Source of the DNA: the human T2T-CHM13v2.0 reference genome, Homo sapiens
DNA: 64,000 nucleotides
Reading direction: 5' to 3' (one strand)
Assembly: GCF_009914755.1 (NCBI RefSeq)
Contig: NC_060944.1
The notes under the pieces are model-generated. The model was given only the letters and a program-made list of their open reading frames with translations, was not told the DNA's origin and made no database searches. This document shows, in pieces, positions 13,816 to 27,578 of the stretch. The translations under genes and the position numbers were made by a program. Each line of letters starts with the position of its first letter. Within the stretch, counting starts at the first letter, position 1.

Positions 13816-16800
13816 TCATTTTATTCCTTGCCTGCAGTTGTTCCAAATCTCATAGCCTCAACTCTCACTGTCCAGACACAGAGAAAACATCTGTTTCCAA
13901 AATCCCATTGAAAGTCCTAAGCTTTGCCTTACTTGGGGCCACTTCTGAGTGACTCACAGAAGTCATTAGGTTGCTATGTGGCAATTAGTTTAGGCCTGCG
14001 ATTTCTTAACCAATCTCTGTGTCAAGAAAGATAGTACCACTCTGATTGGCTTAGACAAATTAGGGTCTACTTTTTGAGGAGGGGATCTTTGGGGAGGAAG
14101 CCACAATGTCCTTTATAGGCTTGGAAAAAAATCTGGGTGTGTATTATTGCAAAGCCATTTAAGACTGTGTGTTTCTTTATCAAGAATGCTTTCCATAACC
14201 CAAAGATGTCACATATACAAAATTTGAGCAGAAGATTTGCTTCTAAAATAGTTTCATATCTTTTGTAATTCTTAATTATGGTATACATAAATAGACTTAC
14301 TTCTTCCCCATTGGATGCTATGAAACATACCCATGACTATTTAAAAATAATAATTCACTATTAAATTTAGATAACAAATGTTAATATTGTAAGACAATAG
14401 CTTCCCTTAAATTCTAGTTCTCTCTGCTTACTTGATGTGACTATCAGTAGATAAAGGGTCATGATTTGGATCTGGGGAAGGACTTGCTGCTTCTGGTTTG
14501 TATAAAGGAATTAAGTAGGGAATGTGTAGGAAATCTGGCTGGGCTCAGCAATGCCAGCTTTAATGGAATCCAAACAGGTTTTCTTAAAAATAAATGGTCA
14601 TGAGAAAGCTGAATGTCAACCTCCTTTCCTGTTGATAAATGACAATGTATACCAGATTGTATCAACAGTTCTGTGGAGCAGGACACCCCTCTGCTTTTGA
14701 GTCTCTGAAAAAAAATTATGCTGCTTTCCAGCAACTGATCTCCTTTTTCTCCATACTACCGCCTTTCTTTGTCATTTCTCTCACACTTTTGTTATCTTCT
14801 TTAATTGCAGTATATTCTTTCGCTTGGCAAACACACATACAGCAAAGTCAATCCAAAGTGCTTCTGATTTGAGCAAGTTCCTTGCTCTAGGCTCACCTGA
14901 AAATGACCATCTGTGTTCAGGTCATAGAACTTATAAATATACATTTAATTTTTTTTCTGTTTTCCACTCACTTTTTATAAAATAAAGGAAAACAAATTTC
15001 ACAGTGTTGTCTAAAGACTGTTCAGCAGTTCTGTTCATGATACTGCCTATCTGCACCACTGATGTTGGATAGCACAATTTTTTTTTGTTTTTCAATGAAT
15101 TAAAATACAACCTAGTATGCAAAAGATGCTAAAATAGGAGAAACAAGGCATATAACATGTGAAACCTGAGAACCCCTTGCGCTTGCCATTCCACACCTTT
15201 TCAGAAGACTGAAAACTCTACATTATTGACCATGTTGGTGTCATCAGCACACCTGACAATGATCTTCTTATCCTTATGGAACTGGACATCCTAGCCTTTC
15301 TATCTGCTCTTGGCATAATCTCTTCTCTTAGAGGGTACTGTTTATTACTTTTTGAAATTGAAGTGAATACAAATTATTTTTGCTTGGAGAATATCTTTGA
15401 GAACTTCATGACACCCTTTGAAAATTTGAAAATGGTTGGGTTTTTGGTTTGTTCCAGAGGCCATATTTGGTAAACACCAACTTCTGAGGCAAACAACATT
15501 TCTGCACAGCTGGCCCCAGAGGCGGTCCTTGTGCCAAATCCACCCATGCAATGGTTGATGCCAAAGAGTTCAGAAACACAAATCCAATTTAATTCTGGCT
15601 CAAAAAAGCAATAAGTGTTTAAATTGGATTTCTGTGGAGTTTGTTCTTATTAAGCACAGCACGCAAACTGCTTTATAGGCATTTATTATTTAGTTATTTC
15701 TAACAAAGGATCTTATAGATCCAGCATCTATAATTAATCGGGAATGAGAGTAGATGCTAGCCAACATATGCTCTGTGACCCAGAACTTGCACTAGGAAAG
15801 CTATCAGGTTTGTACCAAACACCAGGGTCGTTGGCAAAAGTTTGCTTCATTAAATTCGGCTTTGTGGGTTTTATGCTTTTAATCCAGGCTCTCAGCTCTG
15901 TCTGTCAGCCTTACCTGTATCATATTAAACTTAACAGGGTCAATATGATGCAAAGAGGTGGCACCTGGAAAGTGGTGTATCAGTGACTCCGCTTTCAATC
16001 CAATCATCCTCCCATTATGTCTTGTCATCTTTCAACTCCAGTGGTCCTGAGGCTTCTTCCAGGCACCTCCACTCGAGATTATTCCTGGATATGTGCTCAC
16101 CCCCATGTGGCCCATGCTCCATAATGATGGGTCCCATCTCGATCTCTATAAATTTCCTTTTCTGTTGAAGCACTAATGAAAAGATAATTTCATAAATGGT
16201 TATGGGAATGGCTTACTTGGTTCTCGGTTGCTTTTTATCTTTTCCTAATTACTTTGCATTTTAGTAAGAGCCTTCCAGAAACAGAGCCTAAATAAACCAG
16301 GGTTGTAATGGTGGAGATGGCAGCCCCATGAAGCTAATGAGATAGTTGGAGTCAGACTTATTGCGTGGCCATGGGAGGTCTGGCTCTGCTTACCTACATT
16401 TTATACTTGGCCCAGAACCTTGCTCACAGCATTTGATAAGCAACCCATTGTTCTGATTCCTAGACACTGATGTCAGAAACAAGCACTCACCTGCTAGTGT
16501 TGATCACATACTCCATGATTATTTATCAAAAAAGGCCTTTTCTTTATGAGACTGTTGTTCAGTAGGCCCTTTATAGTCACAAAGGATAATTCTCATAAGC
16601 TTTAATAAATTCCAAATATGAGTTTAGAAATGTTAGTGCTAGTTCTGGCTTTTCTTGGTTTCTATTTCCAATGAGAGTCATGTGCTTTCAATGCATATAT
16701 TCACATTACAAGTTAATTCTTTTCATCTTTCACACTAAGCTTTTGTATTTTGTTTAGTGTATTTTTTTTATTTCACAGGAGAACAGAAAAGTTTACTTTG

Positions 16801-16859
16801 CCACAGTCAGTAATATAGAAAAGATCGAAAAGAGAATAAAGAAAGTGTTCTAAGAAGTG

Positions 16860-17260
16860 GCTGCTGTGTGGATGACTAGGTTCACTAACTAGCTGGGTGA
16901 CTTATTTCTATGTCAGCCTTGCAGTGGACACTATTAACATTTGGGCATCTGCAAAATTATACCTTACTACATCATGGATTTTCAGATTAATAATCAAGAT
17001 GTAAACTCATAAGTGCTAAAAGTGTGAATGCCACAAGTCTATTTTATTGACTTTGACTTTTGTGGTTTCCTAGCTCTTTTTTTTTTTACATAGTTGCCTT
17101 GAGTAATTCATCTACTCCCTTTCTGCCCTAGTTTTCTCATTCATAAAATAAGTATAACAGTACATACAAATGCTGTCTTCCACAGGGTTGGTTGTTATGG
17201 GAATTAAATATGTTAATATGAGTAAAATGCATAGAAAAATGCACAGAAGTCTTACTGTTG
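16860..17260 (+). mobile_element. Two adjacent MIR fragments
   Basis: actaactagctgggtgac..catctgcaaaat and cctagttttctcattcataaaataag..agggttggttg..aattaaatatg. Confidence 0.6.
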
Positions 17261-18785
17261 TAACACTAAAGCTACAACTAATATTACTGCTATAATTATT
17301 GCATTATTGTTAATTGGCCTGATAATTGCATTATCTCATTTTGTATAATGTTGGGCGAGGAATTCATTCAAGTAGGAAAGATCTAAAAGATAATACATTA
17401 GAAAAGACAAAAGTAAAACAAGTACAAATTTCTAATTTCTCCTCTAGGCCCTACACACTCTTCAAATCCTAAACTTTTGGACTTCTATCTCTTACACCTA
17501 AAGTGAACCTTCTAGAGGTAATTGCCATCTGCATAGTTAGACATGTCCAAAACAGATTAGCACTCTCTTTATTTGTGCACATAAATTGCTATGTCTTTTA
17601 TTCAATAAATAATTTTTGGTCACTTATTCATGACATCGTGGATGATACAAAGATGAGAAGCACATGATTTCTATTATCAGAGAGAAAGAAGAAAAATATA
17701 TGGACATGTGACTAAAGTCAAACGTTCCATGTCAACAAGTATGGGCAGAATCAGCTGTCGTGCAGTAGATGAATATTTTGGCTATATGCAAGATCAGTGG
17801 AGCATCAACCACTCAGTCTGAATGTGCAGCAATTAGATTCAGTTAGGTTAATCTGTTACTGGATTCCACCATTCCAACATCTGGTTGGCTCAGTCATAAA
17901 AGTGTTTATTATCTCCGTAAGTCAGTCTAAACTCATAGTAGGCTGCCACTTGGAGCTTCTGCAGTGATAGGACACCAGCATTCTTTCCCTCAGTGGCCTA
18001 TGACTGCTGTTGGTCAGGTGTCTACAGTGACTTCAAGATGATTCCACATCCTTGAATCATTTCTCAACACTTACCAGTGCACTGGGTTGTTGGGATATAA
18101 ACACAGGAACCCACAAACAAGACATCCTCTTTCTGGGACTGACTATAAATCCCTATCCCGTATTCATACTGGAAAACTGGTAAGACCTTGTAACCCTCAG
18201 CATTCTTTTGCTATCTGAGAATTAGGGGCTGGAATTTAGGCCAGCTCTTTTCTAGGCTTTCTTGATTTTTCCACTCCAATGGAAGAAAAGCAGAGGAGGA
18301 AGCAAGCAGGAAGACATGGAAAAGAGGACAAGATCTATGTCCCTCCGACTAGGGCAGAGTTTGGATAAGCATCCCATTCCAGCCCTATTCTCTGGTTACC
18401 TTGCGCTTTTCATGGTTGACAGGATGGGAACCCTCCCAAACAGCAGGCTGCGCCGGCCCTAACTTATGTGACCGGTTGTAAAGGAGAAAAGGCTAAATCA
18501 ATAGGGTTATAAAAGCACATACCCTGCAGAAGTTCAGAGAAAGCAACAAGGAAGAACCGGAAAAGTCAAGAGCATCACCATTATCAGAGAAGTTTCACTT
18601 CTAACCCCATTTACTTAGCATACTGAGCTCCACCCTTACCATAGTGACCTCCTGGTAAGTGGGTGCCAGGAGCTCCCCCTAGAGTTTAAAATGTGCCATT
18701 GTCAATACCTCTTAACAGCCTGGGGGAAAATGCTTGTCTGGCAGGCATAAGGCCCAGAGGAGATGGGAGTTCAGAAGTCTACGTA

Positions 18786-18840
18786 TTAGGTTGGTGCAAA
18801 AGTAATTGCGGCTTTTGCCATTCATTTTGCACCAAGCTAA
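18786..18840. mobile_element. MADE1 (Hsmar1-derived MITE) with internal deletion
   Basis: ttaggttggtgcaaaagtaattgcgg...ttttgcaccaagctaa with TA TSDs; 55 bp versus ~80 bp consensus. Confidence 0.93.
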
Positions 18841-19455
18841 TACACAATTACAAGCCAAAGTAGATATCTCTCCCTCTTCCCTAAGCACCCCTCCACTTGA
18901 AGTGATTTTGCCCACACCACATTTGAACAAACTCAAACTGCCCCCTTCAAAATGATGGGATGGGGGAGTGGGGAAATGGTTAAGTCTGTCAGCTAAGCTG
19001 TCCCAGAGTTCTCAGAGTCAGAATGGAGACGATTGCTTTGGTATCTGTTTGATGGCACACAAGGAAGAAAAGGCAGCTACACATCTTTCTCTTGCCCTTT
19101 GGCAGCAGATCACAAATGTCACAGCTTGGGAGGGTGCCAATTAGTGCCCCTTGTATCCTAAATAACCTGCCACAGAAATAAAATACCAAGCAGTCCTTGC
19201 TTTGTCCTTGTGAGTTGGGGCCCATGCTTTCCCCCATATAGAGTATCTAATTTTGAAAATGTCACTGTAGATATCGGCACACAGTGATTCTACAGCTGGA
19301 GAGATGAAGGTGGAGGCCGCATATGATTTGAGTCACCATGCTTCTCCACGGACTGCACTAAGTCTCGTCTATAGGACTCAAGTTAGGTAGCAGTTCATAG
19401 AAATGGCATGAGGTCAGATAAAGTAAACGATTTCAATCACACTTGAAAAATACAA

Positions 19456-19513
19456 TGTGTGTGTGTGTATGTGTGTGCGTGTGTGTGTTGTGTGTATGTA
19501 TGTGTGTGTGTGT
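19456..19513. repeat. Imperfect (TG)n microsatellite
   Basis: Direct reading. Confidence 0.93.
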
Positions 19514-22045
19514 AAAACACATTCTCAAAAAGGGGGTGATAGTATAATACTTAGATGTGAAAAAGGACAACTCTGATAATTGTAAAAAATTACCTTGGTA
19601 TGTGCATATATACCTTTTGAAAATAGAGATGTTTAGGCATTTTATATTCATTTTTTAGAGTTCCACTTTTTTTTTTTTTTTTAACATTCTCTTCTCTTTC
19701 TCTGTTGATTTACCGATAGAATATGTGTGTGTCAGGACACTTGGCAAGATAGAGACAGCTGGAAGTAATAGAGCCAAGCTCTGTTTGAAAAGCTGAATTT
19801 TCACAAGTGGTTTGGGGTTTAGGTGTGGGGAGCAGAAATCCTGGGCTTCGGAATAACTTTTGAAAAGTTGCTCCCTTGACGTAAAGATTTGAAAGAAGTA
19901 ATTCACAGCCTGCCTTGCACTTTTTAAAAGTTGTGTAACATTACGCCACCTACCACAAAAGAAAAAATGTATATAGGAAAAGACACGTCAACATTATTTC
20001 GAATGATGTATTTTTAATGTCATAACTTTCTATTATTATTTAATCTGTCAAGGAAAACATATACTGGAAACATTTGAGAATCCTCCCTCCCTGCCACCTT
20101 TGCAACACACACATGTCCACACGCACTTTTCTTTGCCAAAAGTAAGAAGCTGGGGTCTGGAAGGCTTGCTCCTGAATATGGTGTATATCTTATGTAAATA
20201 AAACAGAGCATGCAGCTCAAAAAGAGGAAAGTAGTTTGTTTTTCCATCTTTGATTTCTGCTGTTGTGGCTCCTCTTTGTTACGAATTAAGTCTTTACCAT
20301 CATTTAGTGAAATGTTATCCTCGTAATGGTAACCTGGATTGTTACCAAGTTACTTTTACAGACACCATCTCCATTTCTCCAGTGATCTAGTAACTCCGTG
20401 GTGGATTTAACTCCCCTATTGTTTCTGGCTTATACACATGAGTCTGTCTAATGCAAGCTGTGTTTTTCTGGGGGCCGAATAAAAAGTCTTCATGAGTGAT
20501 AGTGCTGGGGTTGCAGTATTGAAACATACTATTGGGATCCGTTTTCTGATTTTGACTCAGTAGCCTGTCAGAGGCAGAATGCTTCTCCTTTTGATAACAG
20601 GGCTAACTAGTTTCTGAAGGAATGCATAAAAGAGTCAGGCTGTATGAATTCCAGAGTCTTAAATTCCTTTAGCTATGCCCTGCAATCTTTAAGCAGGAAA
20701 TATAAACATGTACCAGCTATAAAATGTGTGAGAACAATAATAGGAATGGCTATCTTTCTTGCATCTCTCAAGTGTGACATACAGAGGAGAGCTGTATCTT
20801 ATTACTAACCTTGTCCATCAAGCTAATATTGGTATATTGCTTTTCTAGGGCCTAATGGCTGAGCCCTATCTCTGAATATTGGATAAAGGAGCAATTAGAA
20901 TCGTTTGTGCCAAACCCCAGAGTTGGAACTGCAGGCCCTTTTAATATGAGTCCAATAAGGAAAGGTTTAGTGTAAATGAAGGTCAGCTGTCTTGAGGTCC
21001 CTGACCAAAGCTCTGTGTGAAAGCTAAACAGAGCCGGAGGGAGTTTTTTTCACCTGGCTATAGGCTAAATGCAACACAGCCCTATAGCATGCAGATGCTC
21101 CCAAATAACTAACTTATTTTCACAAGGAATTATAAAGCATAGGAAAATTAATAAATTAAACATAGCTCCAGTCCTGCCCCCAAGAATAGATTGCACTACT
21201 AAGTTTTGGCAAAAGTAAGAAGAGACTATAAAAGTATTAGAAAAAAAAAGAAGGAATAATTTATTAAAAGTTTCTATTTTTTAAGTAAGTATATGATAAA
21301 AATAAAGATGTTTCCAATTTGATTTCTAAATCTTTGACTCTTCAATTGCTTGGTTTCCATGCTTGGCATGGAAAGAAGAAAGGAAAGGAGAAAGAAGGAA
21401 GGAAAGAAGAATTGCAGGCAAGTAAGAATGAAAAAAGGTAAGGACAGGAAGAAGGAAGAAAGAAGGCAGAAGGAATAAATGAATGAATATGCCTGAATGG
21501 CCACATGGAAAATTTAAAAATTATCCAATGCTGAGTAAAAATCAATGACAGCCAGTAAACAAGCACATAAGCACACTCCCCTAATAATCCGTCAAATAGG
21601 ATGTTTTTAAATCACAGCAATATTTGTTATTTCTTCTGATGCTTTCTATTTGTTCCAAGCCTTAGAGTATAAGGCTAGCTACTAAAGAGCAGAAAGAGAA
21701 ATCGAATTCGGCTACCTGTTGTTGCTGGTATGGGGAGGGAGATGAATAAAAGCAGTTCCAAGCTCCAGTGGCTGGTTTTCATGAAAATGTATTTTCTTAA
21801 ATCAATAGCATTTCAGACTGGTTAGTTTTTGGACATCCTTTACCAAAGATAGATAGATAAATAAATAAATGAGAGGTCATTTTATATTTCCTTTATGAAA
21901 TAAATATGCTTAAACTCTAATGGTAAAAATGTATGTGAAGTTCAAAATTTATATTGTGCTTAATGATTAAATGGGCTACAGAAAAATATTTTTACCTAGT
22001 AGACAGCATCTTAGTCTCAAACTCAGGCTCTATTTAACAGTCTTA

Positions 22046-22355
<310 letters not shown>

Positions 22356-23759
22356 ATAATTAGTTTTGTACCCTCAGATAGTCAAGAGCAATCAGATTTT
22401 TCTTAACCTTTATTTTCTCCTTTGTCAAAGGGAGCTAATAGCAGAGCTTGTTGCCTTGAGATTAATAATTAAATAATAATTCATTAATAATTAAAAACAG
22501 TAAAATAATACTTGAAAACGCTTTTTTAAAAAATATAGACAAAACAAAAGCTTTTTTCTTTTCTCTCTCTCTCTTTTTTTTTTTTTTTAACTTGAATATC
22601 AAGCTCGCTATGCAGTTTGACTTATGGAGTGCTGCGGGAAACCTGTTGGATATTTTCATGTATGTCCTTAAACACATGACTGCTTTCCTTGTATGTGCTT
22701 GATTCTTGTCAGTCCTTCTCCTCGTTATTGAAAGCATAGATTGCTGGCTGTGAGTTGGAATCATCCACTGGATAACAAAGGCAGTATCTGTTTTCTGGGC
22801 CTCATTGTTTGCAGGTCTGTGTGTGGTCCAGCCTAGAGGTTTCTCTTCAGAGATCTATGATTGGCGGTAAGAGAGAAGTGAGGTTGGTCAGGAGGGTCAA
22901 AACAATGAGGAATTGCATGGATGACCCATAGACAGACCAGTGGTCATCGTGTCAGAATCTCCCTGCAGCAGCTTCCTCCATCACCGACTGAGCAGGGCTA
23001 CCCAACCCACTAGCCCCCTACGGGCTTATTTACATGATCTGATTTCCAAAGAAACTTTCTTTTCCAGATGTTGTGTGCTTTGCAAGGCTCAGCTCTGTGG
23101 GAGCTCTGCTTGACAAACTCTAATATAGTCTACATGCTCACAAGGATGGTTTTTGCTAAAGAGACCCCAGTGATATGTTGGTGCAATTCAGGATTTCTCA
23201 GGGTAGCACATCACCAAAGTGCCTGCAGCAATACTGTCAAGATCTTACTGATTCTTCTAGCCAGAAGAGACTAAAACAGGTGATCCAAGACTCACTCAAG
23301 CATGCTTCGTTTCTTAAGACATATAGTAACATAGTTGCTTTGAATTTTTAAATTTTAAGGATTAAATCCAAATTTGATCTTAGGTAAATATGTAAAATCT
23401 AGTCTAATAGGTTTTGGGAGGATGGAATATAGTGAGATATAATGTTCATTGGATACCAATACCATATTTATTTCCCACTGTATATGATGTCAGAAACCGT
23501 TTTAAAATGCAGCTGGTCTAAGTGGAATGTTCAGGTCTTGGTTTGTAGGTATATGATACCTTGGTTATTTCCATTTACTTTTAAGATCTTATTGTCTGTG
23601 TGCATGCCTGCCTTCTGCAGACACAAATCAAAAGCTTGCAAGATAGCACAGCTTTTTTTTTTTTTTTTTTTTTTTTTGTCTCTTGATAGAATTAGGACAA
23701 AGATCTGTACATGGAATAGACCTGAGGCTGGGCAAGGTCTTCCTCCGCCTATCTCACCA

Positions 23760-24470
23760 TCTTTGTCTTTGCTCTGTGCCCTACCCAAACCCACCTTCTT
23801 TTAGTTCTTCAAATACTCCATACCTGCATCAACCAGAAGTTTTTTGTTGCTTCCCATGTCGTCTTGACCACCTAGAATGCTTGTCACCTGGTTGCCTCCT
23901 GCTTCTCCTGCAGTTATTATCTGGTAATGTCTGGAGATGTTTTTGTTTTTCACATTAGGGGGTAAGGCACTACTCAAATCTTGTGGGTAGAGGCCAGGTG
24001 TCTTAGTCCATTTTGTGTTGCTACAAAGAATACCTGAGGCTGGGTAATTTATAAAGAAAAGAGGTTTGTATGCCTCACAGTTTGGCAGGCTCTACAAGAG
24101 GCAGGGCACCAGCAAATGCTCAGCCTCAGATGAGGGCTTTTGTGCTGAATCAAAATGTGATGGAGAAGGTTACAGGGGAAACAGACATATGAGGGAGGCC
24201 TTCCTTAACTTTCTGATGAGATAAAAGTCCTCTGTTATAGGCTCTTACTGCAACAGTTCCTGTGTGTCACTGCTGTCATTAGAATTGCAGTTTTACTTTG
24301 CTCGAGTAATATATTGATTACTGTCTACCACCCCCACCAGATTGAAAGTTTCATGAAGGTAGAGTCTGTATCTAGTTTGGGTCTTCATTGTATCCCCAGA
24401 ACTTCATAAAGTCACATAAAAGTGATCACTTGGTAAATATTTATTAAGTGAATGATGGAATGAGTGAATA
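23760..24470 (+). mobile_element. L2 3' portion interrupted by a templated insertion
   Basis: cctagaatgct..|gggaggccttccttaac..gtaaatatttattaagtgaatga. Confidence 0.7.
23919..24192 (+). repeat. Direct copy of 25468-25742 (MER20/MST junction)
   Basis: About 13 substitutions and 1 indel in 274 bp by manual alignment. Confidence 0.95.
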
Positions 24471-25426
24471 ATTGAAGAAATAAAGGCATAATGGGAGGAG
24501 AGAACAAAAAAGAAGTCAGGCAAGCTACCAAAGTGATGTGCTTATTGATTGACTAATTTTCAAACCAGTTCACATCCATCACAAGTTTGTTCATCTATTT
24601 ACTTGGAAAGAATAGATGGAAACTGAAGCTTGAAAAAAAGTAATCATCGAGACTGTTTTCATTTGACATGTGTTAATTTCAGCAACCCCTTTTTCTTCAA
24701 TAATTCCTCTGTTGAGAAAGTTTGGTGATGGTATCCATGCACATCATTTTTTTTTCACTGAAGCTCACTGACACCTGGAAAGCCACGTAGTTTTACAGAT
24801 TTATTTAGAAAATAGAAAGCATCTTTAAAAGTCCTTCAAAAGCACAACAGCAGGATTTTGGTGTCAGTAATCATATGCCATATTTCAGGCTTTTAATTTC
24901 CTCGGAATGGTATTTCTTATGATCTGAAAGCTTTTTTCCCTCCCCTGCATCAGATCTTATTTTAACATACTGATTGAGCCTCTTTATCTTACACTTCCTG
25001 CTGGGAAAATAGATGCTAAAATGTGTGTAATGTCACATTTACTTTAAGGCATCACCAGATAAAATTGCAGGACCCACAGGCATGAACTGTGGTGTGCATG
25101 TGTGGGATTTCTTTTCCTACAACTCCAGATCTCCATCAGCAGCTCAAGCCAAACATTCAGACCCTTCAACGTTATGTTTAATTGGATTTCATTCTTTTTA
25201 TTAAAAGCCTTTAGTTTGTAAATTTTTTTCACTTTGTACTGAAGCTTTTAGAAAAGAGCAACCTCTTTTTTCAAAACAAAGTTTTGATCTAATCATTTGC
25301 ATCTGTTTTGTACTAATTTTCTTTGCAGATGTTTCGGAATTTGAGCTATGCAGTTAATAGAATGACACCAGATTCCAACTGGTCTCTTACTATTTGTGAG
25401 ACCTCACTGTTTTCAAGGGTTTAAAC

Positions 25427-26106
25427 CAGTGATTCTTAACTAGGAGTGATTTTACCTTTCAGGGGACATCTAGTAATGTCTGGAGATATTTTTGTTTGTC
25501 ACATTAGGGGGTAAGGCAACTACTCAAATCTTGTGGGTAGAGGCCAGGTGTCTTAGTCCAGTTTGTGTTGCTACAAAGAATACCTGAAGCTGGGTAATTT
25601 ATAAAGAAAAGAGGTTTGTATGGCTCACAGCTTGGCAGGCTCTACAAGAGGCAGGGCACCAGCAAATGCTCAGCCTCTGATGAAGGCTTTTGTGCTGAAT
25701 CAAAACATGATGGAGAAGGTTACAGGGGAAGCAGGCATATGAAAAGAAGGGAAAACCTGAAGGTGCCCTGACTTTCCAACAACCCACTCTCAAGGGAATG
25801 AATTCATTACCACCAAAACTCATCCAATCTCTCGAGAGTGAAAAGTCATTCACTACTGTAGAACACTGTCAAGCCATTCACGAGGGAACAGTCCTAAAAG
25901 CCCAAACACATCCCAGTAGGACCCACTTTTCTACACTGCGGTACTGGGGGTAAAATTTCAATATGAACTTTACTGGGAACAAACAAACCATATCAAAACT
26001 ATAGCACCAGGGATGCTTCTAAGCATCCTACAATTTACAGGGCAGTACCCACATCAAAAAATTGTCTGCCCTGGAATGGCAATAGTGTCAAGGATGAAAA
26101 ACTCTG
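25427..26106 (+). mobile_element. MER20 (hAT-Charlie) split by an MST LTR
   Basis: cagtgattcttaac...gaaaaactctg ends; 8-bp TSD gtttaaac/gcttaaac. Confidence 0.85.
25549..26006 (-). mobile_element. MST-family solo LTR (MSTC/D-like)
   Basis: tgtcttagtcc...aaactatagca; perfect 5-bp TSD ccagg (25544-25548, 26007-26011). Confidence 0.9.
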
Positions 26107-26857
26107 GCTTAAACTCAACCTTAGGCTTCCACTCTGTAAAATTAAGGTGTAATCACGTGCATCATAGCAATGTTGTAAAGATGAGGTAAAATAATGCATC
26201 CCACATTCGTAGTGTAGTCAGTAACTCATGAGCCATTGTTATGAATATGGTTGCATTATTAAGCCCTTTACGATCTGGTCCTTAATCACCTTTCTAGATT
26301 TACCTTTTCCAATTTTCTCTTATATCCTCAGGGACCTCTTAAAATTTACCACTTGTTACCCATTCTTATCTGGCTAACTTCCCACTCTTTACCCACGCTG
26401 AAGTTGGATGTCTCCCTGAAACCAATAGACTAATCTGAAACTAACCCAAAGACTCATCTAATTTTCTGGTTTACCCCATTTCAGAGCCCAGTTCCCACTG
26501 CACTGAAATTGTCTGTTTATTATTTTTCAGAGTGTGATCACCACACCTTGTGTTAAAATTACCAATACTAAAATGCCCTTTCCTGGACTTTATTCAAGAT
26601 CTACTGTATCAGTATCCCCGGGCACGGGGTCTGGAAATATGGGCATTTAGCTCCTGAATTCATTGGTAGCTATACTAAAGTCATCACTGTAGATCCTGAG
26701 TTTCAGGCTGGGATTAGGTCTTTTTTTTTCTTTGCATCCTTGGTGCTTAGCATTGTGACTGGCACATAGTAGGCACTTCATAAGTAATAGCACTATTTGA
26801 AAGGATAAATGAATAATAAACAAAAACTTTTATTCTACTCTTGTCTCTTATTTTGAA

Positions 26858-27271
26858 AAGATAAAGACCCATTGGTATTAGCATTCAGAGGGGAGAAAAT
26901 GCTACTTCTTCTGCTCTGTTCTTATATATTCTTATATACAAGCATGCTAAGGACAAGATATGCCTTTGTTTAGCAAAGTTTGAAAGTGAGAATCATTAGA
27001 CTGATCAAAGACCAAAGTCATGTTTTGTTTGGCTTGTACAAGCTCAGAGAGGGTTTTTTTTTTTCTGTCTGTTGTGGTTGTTTTTTCAAGCTTTTAATTG
27101 TTTTAAGTTTTGAATTAGTGGCCAATATTTTCATATAAAAATATGAAAATATTGCAGTTGGTATGTTGATGAGTGGGGCCTTATGGGGAAGAAAAAGGCA
27201 CATTGGTATTAGCATTCAGAGTGGGAAAATGCTACTTGTTCTCTTTTGTTCTTGTAATTCTTTTATACAAG
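26858..27271 (+). repeat. Left arm of complex inverted duplication (B-C-hairpin-A-B')
   Basis: About 90% identical to the reverse complement of 27889-28208. Confidence 0.93.
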
Positions 27272-27578
27272 TGACTTCTGTCGCTTAAATAAGTCCTCGA
27301 ATGTTTACATGATCAAAAATAACTTACCTTTATTATTTTTGCCTATTAATGTATGGTTTATAAATACAGATGCTTAAAGGGGTTATAGAAAGAAAGGTAA
27401 AGGAATAGAAGTCAGCTGGCTGTAAGACAAACCAGCCAAACTGGTGAGCTCATGTTCTCTTATAGAAAGGATGCTGCTTCTCTGATCAGTAAATGGTTGC
27501 TGGTTGAATGGGGAAATGGATGAATGAGATCTCAGCAATGCCAGATGTTTCTGTTTCTCAAGAGAAGTCAGAATTTGA

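Larger units (their letters stand above)
13243..14100 (-). mobile_element. Old MaLR LTR (MLT1K/L-like), split by an insertion at ~13401-13815
   Basis: aaatggcttatgtaatagaggaaatttattgactcagg.. then resumes ..ctctgattggcttagacaaattaggg. Confidence 0.5.

Noticed and set aside
16760-16850. Acceptor followed by AATAAA, suggesting a terminal exon
   Set aside because: Both motifs are common in AT-rich DNA; no other support
18786-18840. miR-548-family microRNA gene
   Set aside because: The deletion removes the arm that would pair with the mature sequence
23050-23280. Acceptor tttcttttccag|ATG followed by a 68-aa ORF
   Set aside because: No convincing donor and no recognisable protein
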